Translations under genes and position numbers: made by a program
Shown: piece by piece, positions 10,781-20,311 of the stretch
Numbering within the stretch: the stretch's first letter is position 1
Layout of the letters: each line of letters starts with the position of its first letter
The notes under the pieces: model-generated
What the model was told of the DNA's origin: nothing
The model's database searches: none
Seen by the model: only the letters and a program-made list of their open reading frames with translations
Origin: an uncultured virus (IMG/VR IMGVR_UViG_3300008113_007374)
Lineage: Duplodnaviria > Heunggongvirae > Uroviricota > Caudoviricetes
IMG/VR virus record: IMGVR_UViG_3300008113_007374
Strand: one strand, 5' to 3'
DNA length: 60,372 bases

Positions 10781-10930
10781 CTATTGTTTTTCGAAAAGTT
10801 TATTTATGAAATATTTCCTTTCATATGTTGGCATTTTCATAATATCTGAATATGAAAAGTTTGCATATTTTGTTAAATAAAATATTTCATCTAATAAAAT
10901 TTGTTTAAATTGAGAAGAAAGGACGAAAAA
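10781..10930 (-). CDS. Short tail-assembly-chaperone second ORF (gp51/gpT-like), probably a +1 frameshift extension of the upstream gene; missing from the ORF track
   Basis: +1 frame reads FFVLSSQFKQILLDEIFYLTKYANFSYSDIMKMPTYERKYFINKLFEKQ*; YSDIMKMPTYERKYF resembles the YS..I..M..WER motif of small myovirus tail chaperones. An alternative in-frame ATG exists at 10951. Confidence 0.65.
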   Translation of the reverse strand, partial: FFVLSSQFKQILLDEIFYLTKYANFSYSDIMKMPTYERKYFINKLFEKQ

Positions 10931-11663
10931 ACTCCGCCCCAAAAGACACATTAACTGTGACTCTTTCTCCGGACGGGGCGGTAATTGTTCTTTTTAAGTC
11001 TATTTTGGGCTCACAATCTCTAATAAATTTTCTTAACTCCTTAGAATCAATAATAGGCATTTGAGTAACGAACTGTACAATTTTTAGTTTATCTCTGTCA
11101 CCGTTTAATTCTACAATTTGTTTTTCTAATCTTTTTGTTATAACCGGAGCAACCATGTTTGGCGGATAATTTTCCTGTAACTTTTCTAACTCATTTGTTT
11201 CAGATAATGTTAAAAGTTTCAACTTTACTTGTGCCCTCGATTTTGGTAAAACAAAATCAAATAATCCTTCAGAGTCCGGTTTATTACTCATGGGGATATA
11301 GTTCAATTCATCCAAAAGGATTTTAGCATCAAATCTTTTATTAGTCTTGGGGTCATTAATTGAAAATTCGTATTCATTACCAAAAGAAGTGTTCCTTAAA
11401 AAAATTAATATGGCTTGAACGTCTACGTCTAAAAGTTGTCCAACATCAAAACCAGGTTCATAAATTTTTGTCCTCAACAAATTATTTATTATACCATCTG
11501 ATGGTGTATTTGGGGACATTAATAAATTTTCATCAGATGCGGTCAAATAACCAACTTTTAAACTTTCTTTTTTTGGTTTATAAAACATCCCTCCGGATGG
11601 TAATTTTACAACGTCATGTGGAAGATTAAAATCCATTTGACCATATTGAGCACTTTTATCCAT
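10905..11663 (-). CDS. Tail assembly chaperone / T4 gp26-like baseplate hub assembly protein
   Basis: VKLPSGGMFY, LTASDENLL, DVQAILIFLR and C-terminal FGAEFFRP; sits between tube and tape measure genes. Confidence 0.7.
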   Translation of the reverse strand: MDKSAQYGQMDFNLPHDVVKLPSGGMFYKPKKESLKVGYLTASDENLLMSPNTPSDGIINNLLRTKIYEPGFDVGQLLDVDVQAILIFLRNTSFGNEYEFSINDPKTNKRFDAKILLDELNYIPMSNKPDSEGLFDFVLPKSRAQVKLKLLTLSETNELEKLQENYPPNMVAPVITKRLEKQIVELNGDRDKLKIVQFVTQMPIIDSKELRKFIRDCEPKIDLKRTITAPSGERVTVNVSFGAEFFRPFFSI

Positions 11664-11705
11664 AATTTTTTTCTTTAAAAATAACTTGACTTTAGTTTAT
11701 GTAAA

Positions 11706-11735
11706 TAAAAAATCCCACCTAAAATAGATGGGATT
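11706..11735 (-). terminator. Rho-independent terminator after the tail tube gene
   Basis: Minus strand AATCCCATCT-ATTTT-AGGTGGGATT followed by a T run. Confidence 0.7.
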
Positions 11736-11756
11736 AAATAATATTTTATTTTGTTT

Positions 11757-12245
11757 TTAGTATACTAATATACATCTGTCAGGTCTAAGAGTTGCCTTTA
11801 CAGTTATTAAACCATCTTCACTATATCCTAATGAATCAAAATCAACACTTGTTAAGAATGTTCCTTGAAGAATCCATTTTTCGACAGCCACACCTGTTGG
11901 GTCCAACATTTCAAGGTCAATATCTTTTTTGTAACCAGCAGCATAACCCATACGTCCTGTAACTGATTCTGCGTGTAAACGAACCCACTCCATTAATGCT
12001 TGTGACGCTGATGGTCCAATTGGGTCACGGAAAGTAACATCAATTGTTCCCCACTTAAACTGACCTGCAACATAAGTTTCAGTATTTAAGAATGGAATTG
12101 GTGTTTCCTTGATTTCAATTTTTGGTCTTGAAGCACTTTCAACATACCAAGAATTAATCCCCAAAGAAGATGGGAATGTTATAATAAACCTATTTTTTCT
12201 TTTAGGTTCATATTGAAAGGGCATTTTCATTAATAAATCAGCCAT
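11757..12245 (-). CDS. Tail tube protein (gp19-like)
   Basis: EPKRKNRF, YVAGQFKWGTIDVTFRDPI, GYAAGYKKDIDLEMLDPTG, EKWILQGTF; 162 aa, near the sheath gene. Confidence 0.88.
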   Translation of the reverse strand: MADLLMKMPFQYEPKRKNRFIITFPSSLGINSWYVESASRPKIEIKETPIPFLNTETYVAGQFKWGTIDVTFRDPIGPSASQALMEWVRLHAESVTGRMGYAAGYKKDIDLEMLDPTGVAVEKWILQGTFLTSVDFDSLGYSEDGLITVKATLRPDRCILVY

Positions 12246-12279
12246 GTCTATCTATTTTTTTTGTTTCTTTTATTTTTAT

Positions 12280-12287
12280 TATAAATA
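12280..12287 (-). promoter_or_regulatory. TATTTATA putative late promoter motif (a second copy lies at 12344-12351)
   Basis: GATATTTATAAT about 35 nt upstream of the tube ATG. Confidence 0.55.
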
Positions 12288-12356
12288 TCTTCAACTAAAT
12301 TTTTTTCTATTTACTTTGTTATTTTTAAAAATTATTGTTGCATTATAAATAACATT

Positions 12357-13229
12357 CTAGTATTCTTTCTTTTCACCTCCTTTAGTTAAATAAGTTTTTA
12401 CTAGTTTTTCTTTATCTTCATCATCTAAAAATTCTTTCATCTTTTCGATATTTCTTGGGTCATCATCAGAAAAACCAATTATAGGAAGTATTTCATTGTT
12501 TTCCACATCATTTTTGAAGTATGCTTTTTCACCCACTTCTTTTGCCATATCTTTACAGTAAGAAATAAATTCTCTCATAGCTTTGATTTTTCCTTCTTCA
12601 GGATTAGTTGCCGACCCCTCACCAAAAGACACGGGATAAAATCTACAAAGGTCCAAATACTCACGTAATTCTTTTGGTGTTAATGCCCTTGTCTTTTTAT
12701 TATCAGTAACTTCATTACCTATATTTCTGTATTTATAAAGGTTTTCAGCCAATGTTCTACTATTAAGACCATTTTTATTAGACATTATTAAATTATACAC
12801 ACCTTCTTTTAAAGTTTTTGGGTTGTGACCTCTTGCCGTGATAATTGCGAAAATTGAACCTCCGTTTATACATTCAACAAAATCATTCCAAGACGGTCCA
12901 ACAGACGCTATCATAGAGTCTAATACAAATCTCTTATCACCTTTAACCCCGAAGTTTCTAAATGGGTCTGGTGCAAAATCAACAACAGTAGTTCCCTTAT
13001 AAGAAAACGGTTCTTTACCAATTTGATGTCTGTGGTCCGCAAAGTCTTCTGTAGACATCGGTACTTCTTCGTCGTTTTCACTAAGGACCATGATTGAAGT
13101 TGGCATAAACATTATATTATCATCCCAATCAAACGCGTAGTATTTTGTGTCAGGATTTCCTTCTTCAGTGAACCCCTCATTCAAACTACGAGATTTAATA
13201 AATTGATTAATATGCTTTCTAATATTCAT
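12357..13229 (-). CDS. HAD-superfamily phosphatase-like protein
   Basis: HAD motif I FDWDDNI, motif II IITARGH, motif IV GFSDDD; N-terminal leader ends in SLNE. Confidence 0.65.
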   Translation of the reverse strand: MNIRKHINQFIKSRSLNEGFTEEGNPDTKYYAFDWDDNIMFMPTSIMVLSENDEEVPMSTEDFADHRHQIGKEPFSYKGTTVVDFAPDPFRNFGVKGDKRFVLDSMIASVGPSWNDFVECINGGSIFAIITARGHNPKTLKEGVYNLIMSNKNGLNSRTLAENLYKYRNIGNEVTDNKKTRALTPKELREYLDLCRFYPVSFGEGSATNPEEGKIKAMREFISYCKDMAKEVGEKAYFKNDVENNEILPIIGFSDDDPRNIEKMKEFLDDEDKEKLVKTYLTKGGEKKEY

Positions 13230-13366
13230 TATTTTTTAAGTTTTTCCAATAATTTTTCTAATTGAGCTTCTGTAATAATAATATTTTGCTTTTTATCTGC
13301 AAAAGTTTGTTTTCCTTTAGTATTGTATCCTAAAGATTCTTTGATTAGTTTTTTTTCTATTTTCAT
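13229..13366 (-). CDS. Small basic hypothetical protein (45 aa); missing from the ORF track
   Basis: MKIEKKLIKESLGYNTKGKQTFADKKQNIIITEAQLEKLLEKLKK*; its stop overlaps the next start (TAATG). Confidence 0.7.
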   Translation of the reverse strand: MKIEKKLIKESLGYNTKGKQTFADKKQNIIITEAQLEKLLEKLKK

Positions 13367-13389
13367 AGTTTTATGTGTTAAATAATTTA

Positions 13390-13411
13390 TGGGGGATATT
13401 ACTACCCCCCA
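13390..13411 (-). terminator. GC-rich hairpin after the sheath gene (terminator or mRNA-stabilising stem)
   Basis: Minus strand TGGGGGGTAGTAATATCCCCCA; weak U tail. Confidence 0.45.
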
Positions 13412-13423
13412 CTCATTTTATTT

Positions 13424-16400
13424 TTAGATATTATCAAATGATGCTCCTGTTGGTGTTATAACAAACTCGATGTCGATGTATTCTAACGCTCTTGTTGGTT
13501 TCAAGAAGATTTTACCTGTTAATGTGTTTGAATCTAAATCTTCAGGTGTGTTAGAAACTTGAACTCTAAAGTCAATTAAACCTCGGTCTCTTCTGATTTG
13601 GTCTAAGATTGGGTTAACTGAATCCAAAAAGTCTTGTCTTACTTTGTTGTCGTTTTGTTCAAACAATAATCTCACCGCTACTGCTGAAATCAATTTACGA
13701 GCCTGTAACAACAATCTTCTTACGTTAATTCTGTCAAGTGCAGATTCTCTTATTTGTAAAGTTTTATTACCCCAAATTACTGTTCCTACATCAGAGAAGG
13801 TAGCGATTGGGTTAACTCTACCTTTGTATAGAGTATCTCTATCATCTTGTGTCAACTTACGTCTTGCTCTAATTGCATTTACAAGACCTCTTGTATAACC
13901 CGCAGATGCAAACCAAGGGAATGCGATGTTATCAGTCAACGCTAAGTTTCTACAAACTTCAGATGTTGCAGGAATATAGATTTGTGTATTGTTAACAGTA
14001 TCTCTTGTTAAAATCCAAGGGTAGTAAGTTGCTGTGTAGTTAGAGTCAATTCCTGTTCCTTCTAAATTATCAACTGCCTCTTGTGGATATATTAAACCTT
14101 CACTAATATCTTGGTATGAAGGTAAGAACATATTAAAATCAGGTGTTGTTGTAATGTAGATTGAATCCGCTCTGTCTGTCTCAATCATATCAATAGCATC
14201 TTCAACCAAGTTTGAGTTATTTACATAATCAATACCAGGGGTTGCAAATACATTAATATTTGTTGCTTCTGGATTGGCAAAAGTTGATTGACCCCATTTG
14301 TAAGCGTAGTAGTCAGTATTAGCCCAATTTTCTTGGTTAGGTCCTGAAATCGCTTTGAATGCTCCCCATCCTGTTGCCGTTGGGTAGGTTACTGAGCTTG
14401 CTGCTCCGTATTTGAATCCTGTTTGACCTAAAGCGTAAGAATCATTGTTTGTTCTATATTCTCTATAGACATCCCACCCATCAAATCCACCATAGGCTAA
14501 TAATGTGAATTTACGTGTATTTAATCTGTAATAAGGATTAGTTGAATCAGTTGGTTCAGAATTAAATGAACCCACCCCTACTTCAAATGCCGATTGACCT
14601 GATGTTGAATATCCATTAGTAATTGTTACAACTGTTGCCCCGCTATCCATGTGGAATCCTTTTGTCAAATAACCCCAAGATGGTCCTGTTGTATCAGTAG
14701 CCAAGTTAGTTGGTAATTGTTTTCCTTTATATTGGAAGAAGTCGTAGTCAAATCCTGAAATATTTGAGATACCTAAATAAGCTCTTCTTGGGTTTTCGCC
14801 ACTTGATATAACTGGATTGTCTCCTCCGCTTGTTGAGCCAAAAGGTGGGTTATAAATAGTTTCACCCGCACTATAGTATTTAGTTTTGAAAGGAACAAAT
14901 GGAGGAGTCGCATTTGCGTATTCTCTCATAATGTAACCCTCAAATCCACAAGGTAACGCATCAATTGGTGCCTCATCACTCATCTCCAACATGACAAATT
15001 TAGATTTAACTTGATATTCACCGTTAGATGTTCCAATTTTATTTGCAATGTAGTTGTTTTGATTTGGGTCTAATGAACAGTTTGTAAAACTTTCTAAAAC
15101 TTTTACGTTTTGGTCATTATCAAAGAAATCTCTAACGAATACGTCAAAAGTTCCATTGTTAAATGAAATATTACCTATTGAAAGTTTAACGTATGTGTTA
15201 GCGGCATTTCCATCAGATATAAGAACAAACTTGAATAACTTATAAACTTTGTTACCTCTTAATTCAGAAACCACAAATGGTGTTTCAGGTGTTTGGTATT
15301 GTTCTAAGTAAAAACCAATACTGTCAGTATCTAATGAACGAGCTTTATCAAGAGAAACTAAATCACAATATAGACCTCTAATTTGTCCCGCTCTATAACC
15401 ATTTTGTAATAATGCTGAATAAGTTTCTTCTACGAATAAAGGAACTTCAGTTCTATCTTTTCCAAAATTAGATGCCCCAAATACATTTCTTAAATAATTT
15501 GTTTGTGTGTTCAACATAGATGTTTCAAACGTAAAGTTATTTCCATCGTATGTTACACCTGATATTTGGAATGTTGAGTAAGGGTTTTTAGTTACTGCTG
15601 AATAACCACCTGTACAAACCATCGTAACGTCAGTTGTGCCGGACACTTCATAGAAAGGCCCTGATTGAGTTGAGTTATAGTTTGAAATACCTCTTGACCT
15701 TAATGTCGCAACAACCATATCATCGTATGTTGAGTAAGGTGCTCCTGAATATGATGTCGTATAGAATGCAACCGTCCCTGAATAAACTCCAGATGTTGGT
15801 GTTGTTGAAATACCTGATAATGCTCCGCCTAAACTTTGGCCAAAGTATGTGTTTACATCATTAGCTCCTTGATAATAGTTGAATAACCCATAATACCAAG
15901 CGTCGTTAGTTGATGCAGATAAATTAGCGTAAGTTAAATTAACATTATTTACACCAAACATTTCTGTTGAACCTGTAATTGTATTTACTGAAGTTACACC
16001 CGTAACACTGTTTAATGTAGATGCGCTTGAAGTTCCCCATAAAATTGCGGTAGCCCCTGACGCTGATGAAGATGTTGCAAATAAATTAATTTGTGTTGAA
16101 ATATAACTTTGTAAATCTGAAGATATAGACGATGTCCCACCGTTAAATTCAGTATAAGGATTATAAAAATTACCCCCAACGTTAACAGATGATGGAACTG
16201 ATGTCAAAGTAACTGTCCCACCTGTAGTTCCTGTAAACGTAACAGCTACAGGACCTGTTGTTCCTGTTGCTTGTATTGTTGCAGGATTTACATTTCCAAT
16301 AGTGACAATTGACCAAGACGGTCCCGCGTCATAACCAGAAAGCCCAAGAACTCTTGTTACAAATAATTGATTTGATTGTGATAAATAAGATTTTGCAATG

Positions 16401-16636
16401 TAAGACAGTTCATATTTTGGGATTTGTGTATTAACAAATTTTTCAGGATTCGTTCCTCCAAAATACGTTTGAAATTCATCAAAGTTTGTAATAAAAATAG
16501 GTTCGAAAGCTGGACCTTGTAAAGTCTCACCAACAACCCCTAAAGTAGTTACACCAACACTTTGTGCAACAAATGTTAAGTCTCTTTCTGAAGTATAAAC
16601 TCCAGGTGAAACAAAAACTTTATTAGATGATGCCAT
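13424..16636 (-). CDS. Contractile tail sheath protein (gp18-like, 1070 aa) with Ser/Thr-rich insertions
   Basis: N-terminal VFVSPGVYTSERDL; C-terminal PWFASAGYTRG, VIWGNKTLQ, LDRINVRRLL, LFEQND, IFLKPTRALEYIDIEF. Confidence 0.95.
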   Translation of the reverse strand: MASSNKVFVSPGVYTSERDLTFVAQSVGVTTLGVVGETLQGPAFEPIFITNFDEFQTYFGGTNPEKFVNTQIPKYELSYIAKSYLSQSNQLFVTRVLGLSGYDAGPSWSIVTIGNVNPATIQATGTTGPVAVTFTGTTGGTVTLTSVPSSVNVGGNFYNPYTEFNGGTSSISSDLQSYISTQINLFATSSSASGATAILWGTSSASTLNSVTGVTSVNTITGSTEMFGVNNVNLTYANLSASTNDAWYYGLFNYYQGANDVNTYFGQSLGGALSGISTTPTSGVYSGTVAFYTTSYSGAPYSTYDDMVVATLRSRGISNYNSTQSGPFYEVSGTTDVTMVCTGGYSAVTKNPYSTFQISGVTYDGNNFTFETSMLNTQTNYLRNVFGASNFGKDRTEVPLFVEETYSALLQNGYRAGQIRGLYCDLVSLDKARSLDTDSIGFYLEQYQTPETPFVVSELRGNKVYKLFKFVLISDGNAANTYVKLSIGNISFNNGTFDVFVRDFFDNDQNVKVLESFTNCSLDPNQNNYIANKIGTSNGEYQVKSKFVMLEMSDEAPIDALPCGFEGYIMREYANATPPFVPFKTKYYSAGETIYNPPFGSTSGGDNPVISSGENPRRAYLGISNISGFDYDFFQYKGKQLPTNLATDTTGPSWGYLTKGFHMDSGATVVTITNGYSTSGQSAFEVGVGSFNSEPTDSTNPYYRLNTRKFTLLAYGGFDGWDVYREYRTNNDSYALGQTGFKYGAASSVTYPTATGWGAFKAISGPNQENWANTDYYAYKWGQSTFANPEATNINVFATPGIDYVNNSNLVEDAIDMIETDRADSIYITTTPDFNMFLPSYQDISEGLIYPQEAVDNLEGTGIDSNYTATYYPWILTRDTVNNTQIYIPATSEVCRNLALTDNIAFPWFASAGYTRGLVNAIRARRKLTQDDRDTLYKGRVNPIATFSDVGTVIWGNKTLQIRESALDRINVRRLLLQARKLISAVAVRLLFEQNDNKVRQDFLDSVNPILDQIRRDRGLIDFRVQVSNTPEDLDSNTLTGKIFLKPTRALEYIDIEFVITPTGASFDNI

Positions 16637-16668
16637 TTTAATAATATAGTTTAGAATTTATTTTTCTA

Positions 16669-16676
16669 TATAAATA
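16669..16676 (-). promoter_or_regulatory. TATTTATA putative late promoter motif for the sheath gene
   Basis: GTATTTATATAG about 33 nt upstream of the sheath ATG. Confidence 0.6.
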
Positions 16677-16712
16677 CATCGTCAAACCACAAAAAACTTT
16701 CCCCTATGATAA

Positions 16713-16719
16713 TATTTAT
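16713..16719 (+). promoter_or_regulatory. TATTTAT motif, divergent from the sheath promoter
   Basis: AATATTTATC upstream of the small ORF at 16758. Confidence 0.45.
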
Positions 16720-16757
16720 CAAGGAGTAAGAATAAATTCTGCCTTTTTTCTACCATT

Positions 16758-16919
16758 ATGAAAACTGACCAAAAAAAAATAAAAAACTTGAAAATTAAAC
16801 CTGAAGTTCACTTGTTATTAAAGAACTATTGTGATAAAAATGGGTTGAAGATGTATAGGTATTTAGAGAAGATAATTACCGAAAACTGTAAAGAAGTTAA
16901 AGATATTTACGGTGAATAA
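16758..16919 (+). CDS. Small ribbon-helix-helix-like DNA-binding protein (53 aa); missing from the ORF track
   Basis: MKTDQKKIKNLKIKPEVHLLLKNYCDKNGLKMYRYLEKIITENCKEVKDIYGE*: alternating beta strand (KNLKI), helix, G turn, helix. Confidence 0.65.
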   Translation: MKTDQKKIKNLKIKPEVHLLLKNYCDKNGLKMYRYLEKIITENCKEVKDIYGE

Positions 16920-17960
16920 TTAAACTAAGTAAGCGGTTGTTTTAATAATAGACTGTTTTGTATTATCTATTTTTGTGACATTAATCAATAAAGTATCACC
17001 ATCATTAATTTGTATTGTAGATAAATCACTACCAACAAAATTTGAATTTATATAAACATCATATGAACTAACATTGGTTAGTTCAGTAGTTTTTAAATCA
17101 ACAGTGTATCTAAAAACTTCAGTTAATTGAGTATTACCTGTGATAAAAAGTAAATCTAAATCAAAATTATCGGGTCTTGGTGGTTGAGTGTTTACCTTTT
17201 TAGTTTTTACTTTGTCTTCAGTCTCAAATAAAGTTACTTGTCTTGTAATGGCTGGTGAAATTTGAAATTCTGCCTCATCGATTAAAAGACCTTTCATTAT
17301 AAAAGTATAACTTGCAATGTAATATTTTCTTTTTTCTAATTCTTTGGCAGATTCATCGGCAACACCATCCATAGTAATTGGAATATAGTGTCCTTTAATT
17401 TGAGTATATGCCTGTTTTGATGTGAAGGTTTGCATTACAATTTTATTAAACTCATTAAGTTCTCGCATTCTATTACAAAACAATTTAACATTATACGTAA
17501 TATCCACAGGTATTGGTTGAGGTATCTTATACACGTCAGCACCTTTTCTTTGGCCATCCCATGTTGGGACCGTATAATAAAAAAATTGTCTTCTGTTTGG
17601 AATATTAGCAGCCCCTCCTTGAAACGTTCCATATTTTACTTCGGGAGTTCTTACTGTTGCTATAAATGGTAAAGAAATGTTTTTATCTAAGTCTTGAAAA
17701 TTCCAAGTCTCCGTAAATTGAGACCAGTTTTGGTTTGTAATAATTTTATCTACCGTTGGGACTAATTTTTCAGTAACAACAAGTTTTAATTTTTCTTTAA
17801 CAAAATCTAACATTCCCAAATCTAAGTCTGCGTGTAATACACCTTTAGGTAAAAAAGTTCCATGGTCGGTGATATCGTCTAACATTTCTTGTCTTCTTTC
17901 ACGACCAACCTTTTCAGGTATTAATGGTAAATGTTTTTTTATTTTTTTAGGTAATGCCAT
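16920..17960 (-). CDS. Tail completion / sheath terminator protein (gp15-like)
   Basis: PQPIPVDITYNVKLFCNRMRELNEF pattern; upstream of sheath and downstream of a neck-like gene. Confidence 0.55.
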   Translation of the reverse strand: MALPKKIKKHLPLIPEKVGRERRQEMLDDITDHGTFLPKGVLHADLDLGMLDFVKEKLKLVVTEKLVPTVDKIITNQNWSQFTETWNFQDLDKNISLPFIATVRTPEVKYGTFQGGAANIPNRRQFFYYTVPTWDGQRKGADVYKIPQPIPVDITYNVKLFCNRMRELNEFNKIVMQTFTSKQAYTQIKGHYIPITMDGVADESAKELEKRKYYIASYTFIMKGLLIDEAEFQISPAITRQVTLFETEDKVKTKKVNTQPPRPDNFDLDLLFITGNTQLTEVFRYTVDLKTTELTNVSSYDVYINSNFVGSDLSTIQINDGDTLLINVTKIDNTKQSIIKTTAYLV

Positions 17961-17962
17961 TT

Positions 17963-18478
17963 TTATAATCCTCTAAACTCATTATCAGTTACAGGTGATG
18001 CAACAATTGAACGATAGAATGGTTTGTATCCACCATATGTGTGTTTATTATCTGATAATACACGACCATCATTTACAACACTATAATATCTAACTCTTGT
18101 TTCCGTTTCATAGTATCCTATATAGTCACCATAATTTATATCAATATTTAATTCTTCAAGTTGTTTTTGATAGACTCCAACTTTTAAATTACCTGGCTCT
18201 GTTTGTGATAATTTAGACCCCCCGTAGTCTGCATTTGTTGGTGATTCAATTTGGACATATCCTTTAAATTCAACAGGTGGTAAAAATTGTATTCCATCTT
18301 CTAATGTTTCACCGTAAACATCGTCACTAATTGTTTTTTGTCTATCAACACGATATAATACAAGTGTGAAATTCATATCTCCCCCTAACCATTCGTCTCC
18401 CATAGAAATATCCATATTAAAATCTTCTTCAGAGAAAAATTTGTTTAATCTTGTAATTGGAACTCTGTTATCTGCCAT
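17963..18478 (-). CDS. Neck / head-closure protein (gp14-like)
   Basis: DDVYGE, FLPPVEFKGYV, INYGDYIGY motifs; neck-tail gene context. Confidence 0.55.
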   Translation of the reverse strand: MADNRVPITRLNKFFSEEDFNMDISMGDEWLGGDMNFTLVLYRVDRQKTISDDVYGETLEDGIQFLPPVEFKGYVQIESPTNADYGGSKLSQTEPGNLKVGVYQKQLEELNIDINYGDYIGYYETETRVRYYSVVNDGRVLSDNKHTYGGYKPFYRSIVASPVTDNEFRGL

Positions 18479-18481
18479 ACT

Positions 18482-18489
18482 TATAAATA
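18482..18489 (-). promoter_or_regulatory. TATTTATA putative late promoter motif
   Basis: GTATTTATAAGTATG, only 3 nt before the ATG at 18478. Confidence 0.55.
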
Positions 18490-18495
18490 CTTTAA

Positions 18496-18524
18496 TTGAT
18501 TTTTTGGTAATTTATTATTATATT
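18496..18524 (+). promoter_or_regulatory. Sigma70-like promoter TTGATT-N17-TATATT for the helicase gene
   Basis: TTGATT at 18496-18501 and TATATT at 18519-18524, 17-nt spacer. Confidence 0.5.
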
Positions 18525-18535
18525 ATATATGTGTA

Positions 18536-20299
18536 ATGGAAGATTTTATACCAAAAACAATAGAGTCTCAAGCCCTTTTAGCGTTAGAAACGTATGATGG
18601 GTCAAATAACTACATCCTCAATTTAAAACATAAGAAGGAAAATAGTAAATCATTTGTACCGACAAGAAGTCAGGCAGAATATATCAACAACTATAAAAAT
18701 ACTCAACCAAAAGTTGCAAAAAAATGGGTTAAGTTAGACTTATATTTTTCTAAAAAGTTAGCTGAAGATAAAATGTATACCAAAGAACCAACTGAAATAT
18801 ATGTTGAGAAGTTGTTGGTTGAAAAAGATAAAGCATATCATATTTGGGGTAAGGTTTTTAGTGGTGAGACATTACATGACTTTTGGATGCCTAAAACAGC
18901 ATTGTTAAAAGATAATGAAGTAAAGAATGTCCAAATAGAATATGAAAAATATTCCCACAGACCGCCAATGACTCATCAGAAAGAAGCAATTGAAAAATTG
19001 GTTAAGAATAAGAAGTTTATTTTAGCTGATGACATGGGTCTTGGTAAAACAACTTCCACAATCGTTGCAGCATTAGAAACGGGAGCTAAAAAAATATTAA
19101 TAGTATGTCCAGCATCTTTAAAGATAAATTGGGAACGTGAAATTGCAAATTATTCTGATAGGTCTGTTTTTATTGCAGAAGGGAAGAAATTTTCAACCGA
19201 ACACGATTTTGTTATCATCAATTATGATATCTTAAAAAATTTCCACGACCCAAAAAAGAAAGAAGAGTCAGAAATATTAAAAACAAAATTTGATTTGGTA
19301 ATCATGGATGAAGCTCACATGATTTCAAACCCACAAGCACAAAGAACAAAAATTGCAAACGACATCGCACAAAAATCAACAAGGGTGTGGTTATTATCGG
19401 GAACCCCAATGACTTCAAGACCTATGAATTATTATAATTTATTAAATCTTGTTGATAGTCCTGTTGCTGCTAATTGGATGGCGTATGCTAAAAGATACTG
19501 TAACGGATTCCAATTTAGTGTTGGTAAAAGAAAAGTTTGGAATGTTACTGGAGCATCAAATCTTGATGAGTTAAGAGAAAGAACGTCAACTCACATATTA
19601 AGGAGATTGAAAGAAGATGTTTTAGATTTACCTGAAAAAATTATAACTCCTGTTTATCTAAGACTAAAATCAAAAGATTATGAAGAATTGATGGGGGAAT
19701 ACTTTGATTGGTATGATTCAAATCCTGAAGAGTCTTCATCCCTAACAATTCAGTTTTCAAAATTAATGAAAGTTAGAAAGGTTATAGCACAAGAGAAAAT
19801 TAATAATACAATTGAGTTGGCTGAAAATATTATTGAGCAAGGTAAAAAGGTTATTATATTCACAAACTTTACAGACACTCTAAACATTATCTATAACCAT
19901 TTTGGAAAACAAGCGGTATATCTTGACGGAAGTTGTTCTAAATTTCATAGACAAAATGCTGTTGACGAATTTCAAACAAACGACAAAATAAGAGTATTTG
20001 TTGGAAACCTAAAGGCTGCGGGGGTTGGTATTACACTAACCTCGGCCGAGGCGGTAATTATGAATGATTTATCATTTGTCCCTGCTGAACATTCACAAGC
20101 GGAAGATAGGTCCCACAGAATTGGTCAAAAAAATTCAACATCTGTTTATTATCCACTTTTTGAAAACACAATAGAAGGCGCAATATATGATATACTCAAC
20201 AGAAAAAAGAAAATCATATCAACTGTAATGGGTGATGATATGTTTGACGAAGCGACAATCATAGAAGAAATGTTAAATTTAATTTCTAAGAACCGATGA
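18536..20299 (+). CDS. SNF2-family (SMARCAL1/HARP-like) helicase/ATPase
   Basis: LADDMGLGKT, IVCPASLKINW, DEAH, LSGTP, RRLKEDVL, GVGITLT, QAEDRSHRIGQ. Confidence 0.93.
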   Translation: MEDFIPKTIESQALLALETYDGSNNYILNLKHKKENSKSFVPTRSQAEYINNYKNTQPKVAKKWVKLDLYFSKKLAEDKMYTKEPTEIYVEKLLVEKDKAYHIWGKVFSGETLHDFWMPKTALLKDNEVKNVQIEYEKYSHRPPMTHQKEAIEKLVKNKKFILADDMGLGKTTSTIVAALETGAKKILIVCPASLKINWEREIANYSDRSVFIAEGKKFSTEHDFVIINYDILKNFHDPKKKEESEILKTKFDLVIMDEAHMISNPQAQRTKIANDIAQKSTRVWLLSGTPMTSRPMNYYNLLNLVDSPVAANWMAYAKRYCNGFQFSVGKRKVWNVTGASNLDELRERTSTHILRRLKEDVLDLPEKIITPVYLRLKSKDYEELMGEYFDWYDSNPEESSSLTIQFSKLMKVRKVIAQEKINNTIELAENIIEQGKKVIIFTNFTDTLNIIYNHFGKQAVYLDGSCSKFHRQNAVDEFQTNDKIRVFVGNLKAAGVGITLTSAEAVIMNDLSFVPAEHSQAEDRSHRIGQKNSTSVYYPLFENTIEGAIYDILNRKKKIISTVMGDDMFDEATIIEEMLNLISKNR

Positions 20300-20307
20300 T
20301 ATTTATA
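20300..20307 (+). promoter_or_regulatory. TATTTATA putative late promoter motif
   Basis: GATATTTATATATCATG before the SOD fusion gene. Confidence 0.55.
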
Positions 20308-20311
20308 TATC

